A DNA stretch of 64,000 bases, from the NCBI GenBank assembly GCA_001643675.2, contig LSRY02000024.1, forward strand, positions 1,116,001 to 1,180,000, in the 5' to 3' direction. This document shows, one piece after another, positions 25,065 to 39,589 of the stretch (the stretch's first letter is position 1; every line of letters starts with the position of its first letter). Under the pieces are notes generated by a model that saw only the letters and a list, made by a program, of their open reading frames with translations, had not been told where the DNA came from and made no database searches. Made by a program: the position numbers and the translations under genes. The stretch comes from Monocercomonoides exilis PA203. Taxonomy: Eukaryota > Protista > Preaxostyla.

Positions 25065-27120
25065 TTCATCATCTTCTTCTTCATTGTCCAAGCCTTCTTC
25101 AACAGATCGCCAGCGGATGGCAAAAGGCAAAGCAGTCTCTTCACATCGACCGCCAACTCCTCCTTCATCTTCTGCAAAGGCATTATCACGCTCAGCAAGT
25201 GGGCTAAACAAAGCACGTTCACAACAAACACTTCCACGCAAAACTTCGTCTTTGTCGTCTTCTTCTTCTCCTTCTTTTGCTCCTATTTCTCCTTCGTCTT
25301 CGTCCTCCTCCTCTTCTTCAAATGAGACGGAAAAACGCAAAGTGACATTTTCTCCGCGGCAGACATCAACCACCCCACCTCCTCATGCGCCTTCTCCTTC
25401 CTCCTCACAAACAGCCTCAGCGGCAGCACTCGCAAAGCCCAAGCAGGTTAAAAAGCCATCTTCCAAAGCCAAACAGCATTCAGCTGTTTCTTCTCGTGCT
25501 GCTTCTCCAACTGCCCATTCGCCTGCCCCATCGCCAGCACACACACCGACAGCTGTGTCTCAGAAGAGTTCTTCTGCTTCAGACAGAACTGAGCAAGTAG
25601 GAAAGCAAAAGGCGCTGACGAAGAGTGCAGCGAATTCATTGAGCAGAAATGCGTCGTTGTCATCGCTGCAGTCGTCTCAGGAACAAGATGATGAATTGCT
25701 AACGAATTTGACAGCCAGCAAAGAGTTGAAAATGCACACAGACGAATCTGAATCTCTCCCACAGCAACAGAGAAGAGCGTCTGTGAATTCTCACTCGATG
25801 CGAATGGAAGAAGAGGGCAAAGCAAGTTCTGAAAGAGAAGGAGAAAGAATTGGAGGGAACAGGATTCATTTCAACTTTGATGATGAGGAGGAAGTAGGAA
25901 CAGAAAGAGAAACAGAGAGAAAAGAAGAGAGAAATACGAAAGACAACAACACAAAAGCAAATGAACCAAAGAAAAGCATTACACCCCGAATGAATGAAAA
26001 AGCACGCTCATCAGACAATGAAGAACAAAAGCATCACACACCTGTGTTTCCTGTTTCAAGATCAAGCATTGAAGACTTATCTCATCCATCTTCTTCTTCC
26101 TCTTCTTCTGTTTCATCATTGCCAACATCACCAACTATGCCATTGAATTCAACAGATGCACAGTTTGAAGAGAAAGGAGAGACAGAAAGAGGGCAGGACG
26201 AGTTTCCGTCTCTTCTTGTGTCGTCTGAGCGATCTGCTTTCAGTTCTCCACAAAAGACGAACAACAGAGACAGTTTTGAAAAGAAGGAGAAGATGGAGAG
26301 AGAAAGGAATGAAGAAGCAGAGAAAGAGAAAGAGAAAGAGAGAAAGGAGAAAGAAAGAAAGGAAGAAGAAGAAAGGAGGAAGAAGATGGAGGAAGAAGAA
26401 GAGGCTCGAAGAAGAAAAGAAGAAGAAGAACAAAGAAAGAAAGAGGAAGAGGAAGAGAGGAAGAGAAAAGAGGAGGAAGAGAAGAAGAGGAAGGAAGAAG
26501 AAGAGAGAAGGAAGAAAGAGGAGGAGGAAGAAAGAAAGAGAAAAGAGGAAGAAGAAAAGAAAAGAAAAGCTCAGGAGGAAGAAGAAAGGAAGAGGAAGGA
26601 AGAAGAAGAAAGAAAAAGGAAAGAGGAGGAAGAGAGAAAGAAGAAAGAAGAAGAAGAGAGGAAGAGGAAGAACGATGAAACAGATCCGTTTGATCTTTTG
26701 GATTTGCTTGATGACGATGCTGGGCCCAGCCAAGCACAAGAAGCGATTCAGCTGATGAAAGAGCAGCACAGCTCATCTTCAACATCCTCTTCTTCCACAT
26801 CAACTCCATTCTCATCTCTTTCTTCTTCCTCTTCCTCTTCCTCTTTTCCTTCCTCTTCCCCCTCTTCTTCATCGTCATCCACTTCATCTCTTTCCATTCT
26901 CTCTCCATCTTCAACATATCCACAATCATCTCCTCCTGCCACTCCATCGCCTTCTCCTTCAGCATCATCAACTTCTTCTTCTTCTTCTCATTCTTTTTCT
27001 TCTTCTTCTGTTCCTTCTTCTCGCCCTGTCTCTGCCAGACCAAAAACTCCTCTCCGCAGCGCCTCCGCTCGAAGACGCAATGCCCAGCTGTTGTCTTCTG
27101 CCTCTCCTTCTCCTTCTTCC

Positions 27121-27151
<31 letters not shown>

Positions 27152-28432
27152 CTTCCTCTTCCTCTTATTCCTCCTCCTCTTCTTCAGGAGGTCTGTCTCC
27201 ATTTCCTCAGCCATCTGCGAAGCGCTCGAGTGTTAGAGGGCGGGCAGGCTCAGCCGCTGGAGTGAGAGGAATGAGTTCTCCTTCTCCTTCTCCTTCTGCT
27301 TCTTCATTGGCGTCTGCTTCTGCCTCTTCAATTCCAAAAAAGAGTGAGCCATCGCCCTCACGAAGCTCAACTCCTCCCTCTTCGCTGACGTTGGCTGAGC
27401 CATTCAAGCCATTCAACAACCTGTCCACATTTGAGATACCTTTGGCGTCTGATGAAGAGAGCGATGATGATGATGAAGATGATGAAGAAGACGATGATGA
27501 GGAAAGAAATGGCGCAATCAAAAAATCACTGGAGAGCTACTTTGGAACAACCACAAAGCCAAAGAAGAGCAAAGAGACTTCGACAAACAAACATGACACA
27601 GGCAGTTCAGTTGTGTCTTCTTTGTCTTCTTCTACTCCTTCCTCAGAACTGAATGCACTTTCCTCGCTTTCTCTCTCATCAGCTGCAAAACGACGCTCAT
27701 CCACAGCATCAACTGGAAGAAGACTTTCTTCTTCTCGTTCGCCTTCTCCAACACATATTTCAGGCGATTCTTCTTCTTCTTCTTCTTCCTCTTCCTCTTC
27801 TTATTCTTATTCTTCGTATTCTCCTTTGTCTATTTCTGAAGCCAACACACCCCAGCAAACGCCAAGAGATGGCTTGGACTCTTCTCTTTCATCAACATTA
27901 GCCACACAACAGCTGTCACTTGCTCAAACACCAACAAAATCACAATCATCATCATCATCATCTTCTTCTTCTTCTTCCTCTTCTTCCTCTTCTTCTCCAT
28001 TTCCTCCTCCTCCTTTCCCTCCTTCTTCGTCATCGTCTCAACCAGACTCGTTTTCAGCATTCTCAACACCAACAAAAGAAGAACATCATCCAACAAAATC
28101 GTCTTCTTTGCCCTCTGCAAAAACTCCTCCAGTTCAAAACACACTTGATCGGGTGTCAAACATTCTGAAAAGCCATTCAGAAAAATTCAGTTTGCATTAA
28201 AATAAACGTTCTCTTCTTTGTTGGTTATTTGATTCATTTTTACAAATATAATTCATTTTTTAATTTTTTCATTATCAAAATATTTCTTTCTTTCTTTTTT
28301 GAATGATTTCATTAATAATTAACAATTTATTTCATTTTAATCTCTTTCGCTTTCAAATTATTTTAACTTTTATTTTTATTTTTATTTTTATTTTATTTAG
28401 ATCAAGATGACGATGATTCTGATGATGATTAA
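23799..28432 (+). CDS. Large disordered Ser/Pro/Gln-rich protein with ER/K single-alpha-helix region, 3 exons
   Basis: A 1378-codon open frame. Intron 23952-24003 joins the upstream exon in frame. A probable last intron at 28190-28400 gives the tail NQDDDDSDDD*. Confidence 0.8.
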
Positions 28433-28803
28433 CCATTTGAACCTTCAAGCTTTGGGAATAATTTTAAATTTTTTAAAAAGTCAGTTGCTTTTATAATGAA
28501 TTTGTTGATTGGCAAAATCCATTTTTACCAATTTATTTAAGCAGTTCCTTGTATTTTTTAAACCAGAAAATAATCTTTCAACCGAATTCAACATTTTATT
28601 TCTGAAGAAAATCATTAAATACACAATTGATAAATGTCATTGTTTTATTCTCAATGAAAACAGAAAAAATCCTGTTTAACGAAAAAATTGAATTGTTAAC
28701 CTTGTTTTATATTTTTTATTTTTTTTCACAATTGTCTGAAAAATTGAATCAAAAAATCTTTTTAACTGACTTGAGAAACGAGATCAATAGTCCCATAGAC
28801 AAA

Positions 28804-29915
28804 ATGGAATCGACAAGCCTTCCTGAAATTGCCTTGCATCCTCTTATTCCAATTCAGATCTTAAATTCTTATGCTCGCTCAAAGGATGAATCTTCACCAT
28901 ATACAATTGGATTGCTATTAGGTTTCAAAAAAGCAACATGCTTTGAAGTTACAATGTCATATCCATTACCATCGTTTGATGGGAAGTCTGAAGAAGCACA
29001 AGTGAAATTTTTCCAATCTACCATTGAAACCCATCGTACGGTCAATCAGCACGAGGATTATATTGGATGGTTTATTTGTTATATGTTTTTAATTTACAAA
29101 TTAATATTATTTTTCAATTATTGGAAATAAAGGTATATTTGCGGGTCAATACCAACGCCAAGTCAGTTGTTTACTTTGCACAATTTCTTTTCAACGCTAT
29201 CAAAAAATGATTTAATCATGCTTTCAATCATTCCAAATCAAACAACAAAGAAATTTGATTTCATGGTTTGATAAGTCCATATATCAAGACTTAATTTTGT
29301 TATTCATTATTTCCACCAGGCACGCTTGATGCAGTCAGACGTTGTACAAGCAGTTCAAGGTGATTATCTTAAAAGTTTTCAATCTGGAACAAATCAAGCT
29401 GTTATTCAAGAGATCATGAGTCGAATTAAGGTCTTACCAATCTACACCGTTGCATCATCGTTAGAGGAGCAAATTGGAGGTTTGATGATTTTCGTTATAT
29501 TTTTTCGTGTTTGAATTAATGTTCCGTTTTTATTAAATCTTCATTCTTTCATATTGAAGTGAATGCGATGATGGAGATTGCAGAAAAAAGAGAGAAAAAA
29601 GAGGGGAAGGAAAAAGGTGAAAAGAAAGGAAAAGGAAAGGAAACACAAGACGATCCTCTAACAGCGATTCGACGGCTTAAAGAGATGATTGATATTGCTG
29701 TGAAGTACACAGATGAGGTTGTGAAAGGAGAGAGAGAAGGAGACAAAGCCATTGGGATGAATTTAATGGAAATGCTGAAGCATTGTGCAGTTATGGATGA
29801 AGCTTCTTTCCGACCAATGCTCAGAGAAGAATCACAGAACATATCAGCTTCTACTCAACTCCTTCAGGCCGTTGTTCAGTTGGCGGATTTATCTGTTCAA
29901 CTTATCACAAAATAA
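28804..29915 (+). CDS. EIF3F: Translation initiation factor eIF3 subunit F-like (inactive MPN domain), 4 exons
   Basis: MPN motifs LHPLIPIQI, TIGLLLG and EDYIGWY. The C-terminal YTDEVVKGEREGDKAIG is typical of eIF3f. Introns 29070-29132, 29266-29319 and 29480-29559 keep the frame. Confidence 0.78.
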
Positions 29916-30438
29916 ACCTTTTTATCTCATTAATCATAACGTTCTTCTATTTAAAATATAATTCATATCTTGATGCAGTTCATTTTCTTTGAAATAGTTC
30001 TTCATCGTTTGCTGTCACTTCATTTTGACATATCATCTTTTAGATGGAACCTTCAGTCTAAAATTGAAAATTCATATCTTTATGAAAATACCTTGATTTC
30101 TTTTTAATAATAAGAATAAAGATTACCAATTATCAAAATGGAAAGAAATAATTTTTCTATCAATCGACAAATTATCTCTTAAAAAAAATATTGTCAAGCA
30201 ATACAATGAAAACTGAAAAATAGCAAATGATTTTTTTCCAATGATATTGTTTGGATAATATGACTTCTATCATTATCTTTCAATTTGCATTTTTTCGTTT
30301 TATTTATTATAATATGGTTATGGCATTTTTCGACCCATAAAAACTTGTATCTTTCTATTCCTGTTATTTTCTCCCTGTATGAGGCCAGGGCGCGACTTAG
30401 CCTTGACATTTTAAATATAATTTTTACATTTGCGATTT

Positions 30439-33400
30439 ATGTCGGACAAAATTGATGATGAAACTCTCTGGCTTTTAGGAACTTCATTTTTGAAAAGACG
30501 TCCTCCTCATTATAAAAACACTTGTGCCGTTACAAGAAACCCGAAACAAAAGTTTTCTTTAAGCATGCAATCATTGTTGTGGTTCACTTATCGAAAGCAT
30601 TTTAGCGAGATTGATAAGACCGGTTTTACTTCTGATAAAGGGTGGGGATGCGTTCATCGCACTTCTCAAATGATGTTGGCCGAAGCATTGAAAAGAATTG
30701 AGTTGTGGAGGAAAGGAAGCACGTGCTCAAAAAAGCAGGATACAATCAACCGTTCAATTATCATGGAATTTCTTGATGATGATGAATCAACATTTTCTAT
30801 ACACAATATCTGTAAAATTGGTCATTCAATAGGGAGGACAATTGGAACGTGGCTTAGTCCATATGATGCTGCTCGTATCCTTCAGGTTATAATTAACAAG
30901 TCTTTGGAGCCCAGATACCCTGTTGTTAAAATATGCATGGATAATGCAATCATCATGGAAGATGTATTCCTTGCGCTATGCACAGCTAATGAACAGAGGC
31001 AAAAAATGCTCATCGAGAAAAAGCGAAAGCAAGCAACTAGCGCTTCAAAGGATTTTATTTTTCAAGACAATATAAAAGGAGCTTTCAATTCGAAAAAATC
31101 TTCTGGCATGTTCTCACAACAAAAAAACACTTTTTCTGAGCTGAACCACAAAAACTTGCAAGTTTCAACTGTTACGCACAGGATCTCAATTCCTTCTGCA
31201 ACTGAGACTTTTTCTTCTTCGTCTCTTGCAATCATTTCTCCTCCTCGGCCACTAAATTTCATCGAGCAATTAAAAGCAATAAGTGCACAAGAAACAAGAA
31301 AAGAAAGAGTGTTAAAAGCGAAAAACGACACAAATTTCTTGTTTGAAGCCACAAAGTCCTCTTCTCCTTCACCTTCACCAACATCCTTAACCACTGATTC
31401 ATTTCCAATTTCATCTGCAAAGTTTTCATCTGCAGTATCATCTTTCGTTGCAGAAAAAAACGCTGATAATAAAATAGCCTCAATGAAAGGCAGAAATCTC
31501 GAAGAAAGCTTGAAATTTGCTCGAGACAACGAAAAAACCCAAAACATGTTTCGCAACACATCATCATCAACAACATCAACTTCATCATCATCCTCCTCAT
31601 CAATTTCTTCTTCTTCTTCTCCCTCCTCCTCCTCCTCTTCTTCTTCTTTTCTCAAAACAGGAACGAAACCTGCATCTGTACCATCAGCAAAGGGGAGCAA
31701 GATACAAAATGTGAAGAGTGAGCAGAGTGAAGCTGATGCTAAAAGCAGAAGAGAAGAAGAAGACAAAGACAGAGAAAGGCGGATCAAAGAGCACAGAGAA
31801 GCAGTTCTGAAGAAGAACGAGAAGAATCTCATTTTCCTGGTGAATTCGATCACAGACGAGGTGGATGATGAAGAAGACGACGAAGGCAGTGTGATTGTGT
31901 GTGATGATGATGAAATGGGGGACGATGAGTTTGTTGTGGACGATGGGTTGAATGAAGAAGAAGGGACAGACACAAAACATGGAGACAGGAAGGAAGAAGA
32001 GGGGAAGGCGAAAGAAGAGAGAGAAAGAGAAGAAGAAGAAGAAGAAGAAGAAGAAGAAGAAGAAGAAGATGATGATGATGATGATAGTGATGAAGGAGAA
32101 CAGATTGATGTTAGAAGTTCAAAGGAATCGAATGAAAAGCTGCTGAAAAGAGGAGGACGGGGAAGGGGAAGAAGAGATAGAGATAGGGGAAGTAGAAGAA
32201 GCAGAAGGAGAAGTAAAAACGAAAGAAATCATAGAAAACCCAGCAAATTGGATGGAACAAAGGGAAAAGCCAATGCAAAAGAAGAAGAAGAAGACAGCAA
32301 AGTGTTGATTGTGGATGATGAGAGCGGGAGAGAAGAGAAGCGAGGGAGCATTCGTGAATGTGGGTGTGGATGTGCTGATGACTCAGGCGATGGAAGCAGC
32401 GATGCGGCGAAAGGGAAGCGGAAGAGGGTGGAATATGGCTTTGAGGTGCATTCGTGGGATGATGGAGACACAGAGTCAGTGACAGAGACAGAGACAGAGA
32501 CAGAGAAAGAGGAGGAAGAGAACACAGACAAGGGAAGGAGGAAGAGAGAAGGAGGGAGAAGTTCAGAGGATGTTATCAGCACAGAAGACGGAGATTATGA
32601 CTCGGCTGATGAGTATTCGACGATCACAAACACGAGCGTGATGGAGGAGACAGGTATAAGCAGCAAAAGGAGCAGAGAAGAGAAAAAGAGGGAGAAGGAG
32701 AAGAAGGAGAAGAAAGAGAAAGAGAAAGAGAAGAGAAGGAGAAGGGAGAAGAAGCAGAATGACAGAAAGAACAGAAGAAGCAGTGGAATAATAGTTGATC
32801 AGAACAAAGGAAAATCTCTGATAAAAGTGCTTACCAGAACCAAAAATGAAGGAAGCAGCGACGAGTGGGAGAAATGGGATGAGCTGGATAATTCCAATGG
32901 AAATGCCAAAAAGGGAAAAAATGATCAAAAGGGAGTGTGTTCTTTGTCTCATCAGCATTCTCAGCAGCATCGCAGACATAAACATAAACATAAACATCAT
33001 CAATGTAGACATCATCATCATCATCATCACACTCAACACAAAAGTCCAAAGAAGAATAGCATTCCAATTGAAACCAAACAGACTGAACATGAAAAGATAG
33101 TGCCAGCCAAGCAGAATAAAGAGACGCCAATCAAAAATGCATATGAAGAAGAAGATGATGATGAGATAACAGAGATTTCTCTATCAGATGTGCCTTGTTC
33201 AATGCATCCAACAGCATTTGACTCTAAATCAAATACAAAAACCAATTCTAATAATAATTCCAATGCTAATTCCAATACAAGCACTAATGCTAAAGCTAAA
33301 CATGAAATTGACTCTGAGAACGAGAAAGAGAATAAAAGCGATTTTGACTCAGACACATTTTCGTATTCTGATTCTGATTCAGCTTCGACTTCATCATCAG

Positions 33401-36400
33401 CCTCAACTTCGTGTTCTACTTGCCTCTCTTCATCATTTTCTGCATCATCATCATCATCATCGTCTTCTTCTTCTTCATCAGCATGCTCAAAATTATCTTC
33501 TTCTCTCTCGTCTTATTCTTCCTCTTGCTCTTCTTGCTCTTCTTTTTGTTCCACCTGCTCCTCTTGTGCTTCTATTTCTCCTTCTCCTTCTTCACATCGC
33601 CATTCACATTCACATTCACATTCACCACAAGTATTATATTCTTCTCTTTCTCCTTTGTCTTCCCATCATCAACGTCATTCTTCTTCTTCCTCTTTTTCTC
33701 AACACAAAAAAGAAGAAGTCAAAAGAAGCGGAAAACGAGCTATTCCACACAACAGCAGTGAAACTTCTGCATCTCAGTCATCTTTTGCCTCTCTTCCTTC
33801 TTCTCCTTGTTCTTCTTTTTCTCCTTCTCCTTCTTATTCACCTTCACCTTCACCTTCTCCCTCCTTCTCTCCTTCTCATTCAGATCCATCCACAATTGCC
33901 CTGTCTAATGCTCCTTCTCCTTTCCAGTCACTTTCTCCACTCTCTTTGTCCTCCCGCAATTCTTCTGTCTCTTCTGACAGAAATATCACAAAAGACACAA
34001 AGAAAAGGAAAGAATACAAGCAGAAACATAATCATTCGCATAGACAAGGAAAAGGAGAAGGAGGAGGAGGAGGAGAAGGAGAAATAAATAGAGAAGAAAT
34101 GAGAAGAGGAAGAGAAGCGAATGAGAGGGAAATACAAGGAAACAGCAAGGGAATAGGAAAGATGACCAAAAAGGAAGATAAATCCAATCAAAATGGAATT
34201 AATGTTGATAACAAAGAAAGCAAAGAAAGCAAAGAAAGAACAGAAAGAAGTGAAAAAGAGGAGAAAGAAGGCAAAAAGGAGAAGAAAGATATGATCGTGT
34301 CGTCCAATTTGGTTGCTTTGCTGGGGGCAGAAAACGAAGTTCGAAGATTCAAACACAAAAGTCATATGAAAGAGCAGATGAAACAAATGAAGAAGGCGAA
34401 GGAGGAAACAAGAATGAAACATGAAGAAAGCAGAAAAAGGAAAAGAGAAAGAGAGGAAAGGAGAGAAAGAAGGGAACTTAAAGAGAAAGAGAAGGAGAAG
34501 GAAAAAGAGAAAGAGAAAGAAAATGAGGAAGAAGAAGTCGAAGAGGAAGAATTTGAAGGGGAAGAAGAAGAAGAAGAGGAAGGGACAGATGAAGGAGAAG
34601 TGTTCATTGAAAATGATGAGTCAACATCTGAAGGAGAAACACTCCACGATTACCTCATCAACTCTGTCACCCCTTATCTTTCATCATCATCATCTTCGTC
34701 TTCTTCTTCTTCATCATCCTCATCCTCTTGTTCTTCTTCCTCTTCCTCCTCTTCCTCTTCTGCTTCTGCTTCTTCTGCTTCCTCTTCTCCTTGCCCTTCT
34801 TCATTCATATCGTCTCCCCCCTCTCCCTCTCGCCCTTCCTCCTCCTTAGCCTCCTCCTCTTCCACCCTCACCTCTTCCTTCTCACTCGTCTCTATGTCAC
34901 AGGGCGAGCTTATCACTTCTCCTGTTCCTTCTCCTTTCTCTCCTTCATTCACCTCCTCCACCCCGCCTTCTGCTAATCTTCTTTCTTCTGCTAATTTTTC
35001 CTCTTCTCCCTTTGCTGACACACAACTGGTGAAACATTCTCCTCCTCTTCTGATTAGAAACATCAGCAGCACAGATACTACTTCTAATAATAATACTAAT
35101 AATAACAAGACTAATGATAACACTGATGTTTCATTGCAAATGAAAATGCAAAAGGAAAAGGAAAAAGTAGAAGGAAAAGAAAATGGAAAGGACAAAATGA
35201 AATGTGAAGACAAAATGATAGAAAAGAAACATAACTTTGCATTTACAGAGCAAAGCAAAGGTATATCCACAAATTATGTTGATCATCATCGACATCATCA
35301 GAATAAGCATGAACAGAAGCATCACAATCACCACAACCATCGGAGACATAGGAACAGACACAGACACAGACGCCATTCAATCAAGAGTGCACATGATGAT
35401 GATGATGAGGAGGAGGAGGAGGAAGAAGATGGAGGAGGAGGAAGAAGGTTGAAGAGACGCAAGAAGACAAGAAGGCATAGAAGAAGCAACACAAAAGATG
35501 AAACTTCTGACAGTGAAGGCAAAGCAGGACGCAGAAGGCGTCTGACAAAGAGCCAAAAGAACAGCAACAAAAAGAAGAAGAGCCGAAAGAAATCTGACAA
35601 GTTCATGTCAAATTACATCAAGAGGTCTCGTCTGTCTCCTACTCGTGTGCGTTCCATGAGCACTCCTCCATTCACATCGCTGTGTTTCTCTCCCGCACGC
35701 TTTCGCATCCAGCCATCGCTCTATTCACCCATCTGCCACTCATTCCCTCCGGTTGCACACAAATACAATCAGAATAGAAGTTATGCAGCACAAGGGGAAT
35801 ACAACAGCAAGACTAAAGAGAAAGAAGGAGAACAATACAGTTCCAATGGAATTATTTCTTCTTCTCCTTCCTCTCCCCTTCTCTTCAGTGACATCTTCCC
35901 AGAGACTCCTTTCTGCCCCTTTGACACTCCTCTCTCGTATGTGCTCAAGATCAGCAGCCAGCCACACAAACACCACAAAACAAAGGCAGATGAAGACGAT
36001 CTCTTCGAAAGGAGAGGAGGAGGTGGTGGTGGAGGAAGCAGCAGAGGAAGACTGAAAAACGACAAAAAGAGTGCCATTTCGAGTGAAGAGAGCACTTTTG
36101 ATGAAGAAAACTCCAACCTCTTTCCAGTCTCGCCTTTCTTTTCGCCTCAGCTTCCTTTCCTCCCTTTCTTTGCCCACTCCACTGCCTATCCTTTGTCTCC
36201 TGCCTTCTCCTCTCGCTTCCTCAGCTGCTTCATCTCTCGCTCTCCTTCTTTCTTCTTCTCTGATCCTTACTCTGCCTCCTCCTCTTCTTCTTATTCTGTC
36301 ACCTCTTCCTCTCTCTTTTCTTCTGCCTCTGCAACTGCCTCTATCTTCTCCCCTTCTTTTGAGAATGGCCCGAAGACTGCTTCTTCTGTTTCCTCTTCCC

Positions 36401-38647
36401 ATTCTTCACCATCTTCTTCTCCTTCATCTTCTCTTCTCTCAAATGCTGATAGATTCTCTTCTCATTCTTCTTCACCATCTTCTTCCTCTTCCTCTTCTTC
36501 CTCTTCTTCTTCCTCCTCTTCATTTCACTCCAAACTACCTCCCAATCTCCTTCTCCACCACCGCTTCTCCTTCATCCCTTCCCTTCCTTCCTCTGTCCTC
36601 TACACCTCTCTCGTCGCCTCCTCCTTCGCCTTCCGCCCTCTCCTCATGCTGATCCCAGTGAGGTTGGGGCTGAACTCCATCAACAGCGAATATTACTCAG
36701 CCATCCTCAAATGCCTCTCTCACCCGCTTTCTGTTGGAATCGTGGGCGGAAAGCCAAGATCGTCTTTGTGGTATGTTGGAAGTTCTGTATATTTGATATG
36801 ATTGAAGAGAATAGGAGTTAATTTAGAGAAAGAGTTAATATGCTATTTGATATTTAGATTATTCTGATTATATTTTTCATACTGTTTTTTTTTTTTTTTT
36901 AATTGTCTTTTAAAATAATCTTGTTACTATTTCTTCTATTTCTTTCTGCCTTTTTTTTAATTTTTTATCTTTCAACCACTTCCCAATCAGGTTTGTTGGT
37001 TTCCAGAAGAATTCACTTTATTATCTCGACCCACACACCACACAAGAGGCTGTGACTCGTCGCATTGTGCGTGAAAGGATTGAGTATCTGTCTTCTCTCT
37101 CATCTTCTTCATCTCCTTCTCCTCCCCCTTCGTCTTCTCCTTCTCCTTCTCCTCCGCCTCTGATGAGGGCACAGCACCCACGAAGCTCTTTGTCTGATCA
37201 GCCCAAACACAACGCTGCCCTTTCCTCTGCCCCTTCTCCTCTGTCATTTCATGCACATTCATCGTCTTCTCCATCTTCTACGTTGAAGGCAATGGCTTCT
37301 GCAACTTCTTCTTCCTCTTCCTCTTCTTCTTCATCATTTTCTCATTCTTCTTATCCTCCTTCTTTGTCTTCTCCTTCTTCATTTCCACTGTCTTCCCAAA
37401 AAACAGCTGAATCTTCTCATCTTTTGAGAAATGCACAAAATGCTTCTCAAATGAAAGGCTCGCCTCTGAAAGATCAGTCTCACAGGCTCCATTTGTCTGT
37501 TCCTTCGCCTTCTTTCTCTTCCTCTTCTCTTTCTCCTTCTTCATCACCGTCAAATTCATCATCACCTTCTTCTTCTCTTCCTCTTTCAATGCAGTTGCTG
37601 TCTGTTGATTCTGCCAGAGCGACAAATACACCTCGCATTTCTGCTGAAACAACAACAACTTCTTCTACCTCTTCCTCTTCCTCTTCCTCTTCCTCTTCCT
37701 CTTCCTCTTCCTCTTCCTCTTCCTCTTCCTCTTCCTCTTCTTCATTTGCACGCAATCTATCTTCTTCTCAGCCATTTCGCTTTCCTTTCTTCATTTCAAA
37801 TATTGATCCTTCCTCTCCTTCTCCTTCGTCATCATCATCCGTTGCTTCTTCTTCTTCTTCTTCCTCCTCCTCTCATTCATCTCCACCTCCACATATTCCT
37901 CACGCATCCACTTCTTTCCCCTCCAAATCATCTCCATCATCATCAGCTTCAAACAGCCAAATAACAAACACCATTCTGAATGCCACAAAAACAGCTATTG
38001 TTCCCAAGCATTCCACACATCCCACTCAGCACCAGTCGCAACACACTCCAAAACTCACTTCAGCAAACTCACTTCCAACTAAGCTCACTTCATCTTCCAG
38101 TTCAGTTGCATTGCAGATACCTTCATCTTCATCATTTTCCTCTTCTTCCTCTTCCTCTTCCTACTCGGACTCCTCTTCTTCCTCTTCTTCCTCTTCTTCC
38201 TCCTCTCCTCGCCCTCATGTAACATATTCATCCTCCATCCTTCGCTCTCTTTCTCTCCTTCAGCCTTCGATGAACATCTCATTCCCTCTACCAACCACAC
38301 GATCGCCTTCCATTCCATATTCTTCATCTCGAAACGGTTCCTCCTCTTTTGCCGGCTCTTCTCGTGCCTCTTACACCTCCTCTTCGTTCCCACCTATTCC
38401 TCCTCTTCCGCTCTCTTCCTCTCCTCTCTACACAAACCCCTCGCCTTATTTGTCGTCCATCGGCCTTTCCTCCTTCTTCTGCCGCAAGATGAAGAAGATT
38501 GCGCTGTCCAGCGTTGATCCATCGATGATGTTGTGCTTTCTCGTCTGCTCGCGTGCTGAGCTGAGGGAAGTGAAGGAGATGTTCATGTCGATTGATTCGG
38601 GGCTGGTGAGTGTGGTGATGAAGAGGAACGACATGTACAAGGAGTGA
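30439..38647 (+). CDS. ATG4: Autophagy cysteine protease ATG4 (peptidase C54), ~2660 aa with two very large low-complexity insertions; intron 36771-36990
   Basis: Has WFTYRKHF, TSDKGWGC (catalytic Cys), QMMLAEAL, FSIHNI, LIPVRLG, GIVGGKPRSSLWFVG (after splicing), YYLDPH (Asp/His) and DPSMMLCF. Confidence 0.93.
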
Positions 38648-39589
38648 GAATGGGCCGTTGTTGCACTGTTGTTCTGACTTGCTGGTTGGCTGTAATGCTT
38701 GCACAATAAAGAGATTGGTATGAAGTTGTTTGCTGATGTTATCTGAAATTGCTGCATGGATGAATTGCAATGCGTTGAAATTATTATCGTTTGAAAGAGA
38801 AACTGATTGATGGATGCATTTGATAGTGAAAAGTGATTTTCTGGAAGGAAAAAAAAACTTTTTCGCCATCTCTAAATCAAAGAGAATGTTCGTCATTTAT
38901 GTTTTCTTCTACCAGCTGACCTTTCAATAAAGCGAAATAATCCAAAATGGAATTGTGTGAGATTGATATCTGTATTTTATTCAATGGTTTGGCTTCTGTG
39001 ATAATTTTCTTAAATAGCTAGCTTTATTATGTTATTAGTCATTGATGTTATTTGTATTAATTGTTGTGTATATTTCAGCTTCACCCCAATTTCACACTCA
39101 CTTCTGTTAATGTCAGATTATGTTTTTGAAATAAAGAGTTATTGCATTATTTCTTTTACAAGTTACTTTTTTCTTTTTGTTTCTTTCTCTTTTCATCAGT
39201 TTTTCGATTTTTATTGTGAAAAATCTTTTATTTCTGTTGACTGCATTCTTAACTTATTTAAATTGGTATAATCCACTCGAGATTTCACATCATGCATGAT
39301 TTTGTAACAAATTTACAGTTAGTTTTCTTTTCTCATTCATTTCTTTTCATTCACCAATTTCTTTTTCATTCTTTTTTGTTTCATCTTTTTTTTTTTTAAA
39401 CTAATTATCTCGTTTCTTTGCGGTATTATGTTATTGTGTTCTTTATATAACGAATTGTTAATTGTTCTGAAAAAGGAGAGCTTACAAAAATATCTAATTC
39501 TGAACATTAAGGACTATTTCTCAGATTTTTTTTAAGTTTTCGAGGTTCATCAAAAAGAAGTTAATACTTCTTTTTCGCTGTATATATGC

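Noticed and set aside
24350-38896. Dozens of overlapping short ORFs (poly-Lys, poly-Leu, poly-Phe)
   Set aside because: They are alternative-frame or antisense shadows of low-complexity coding sequence.
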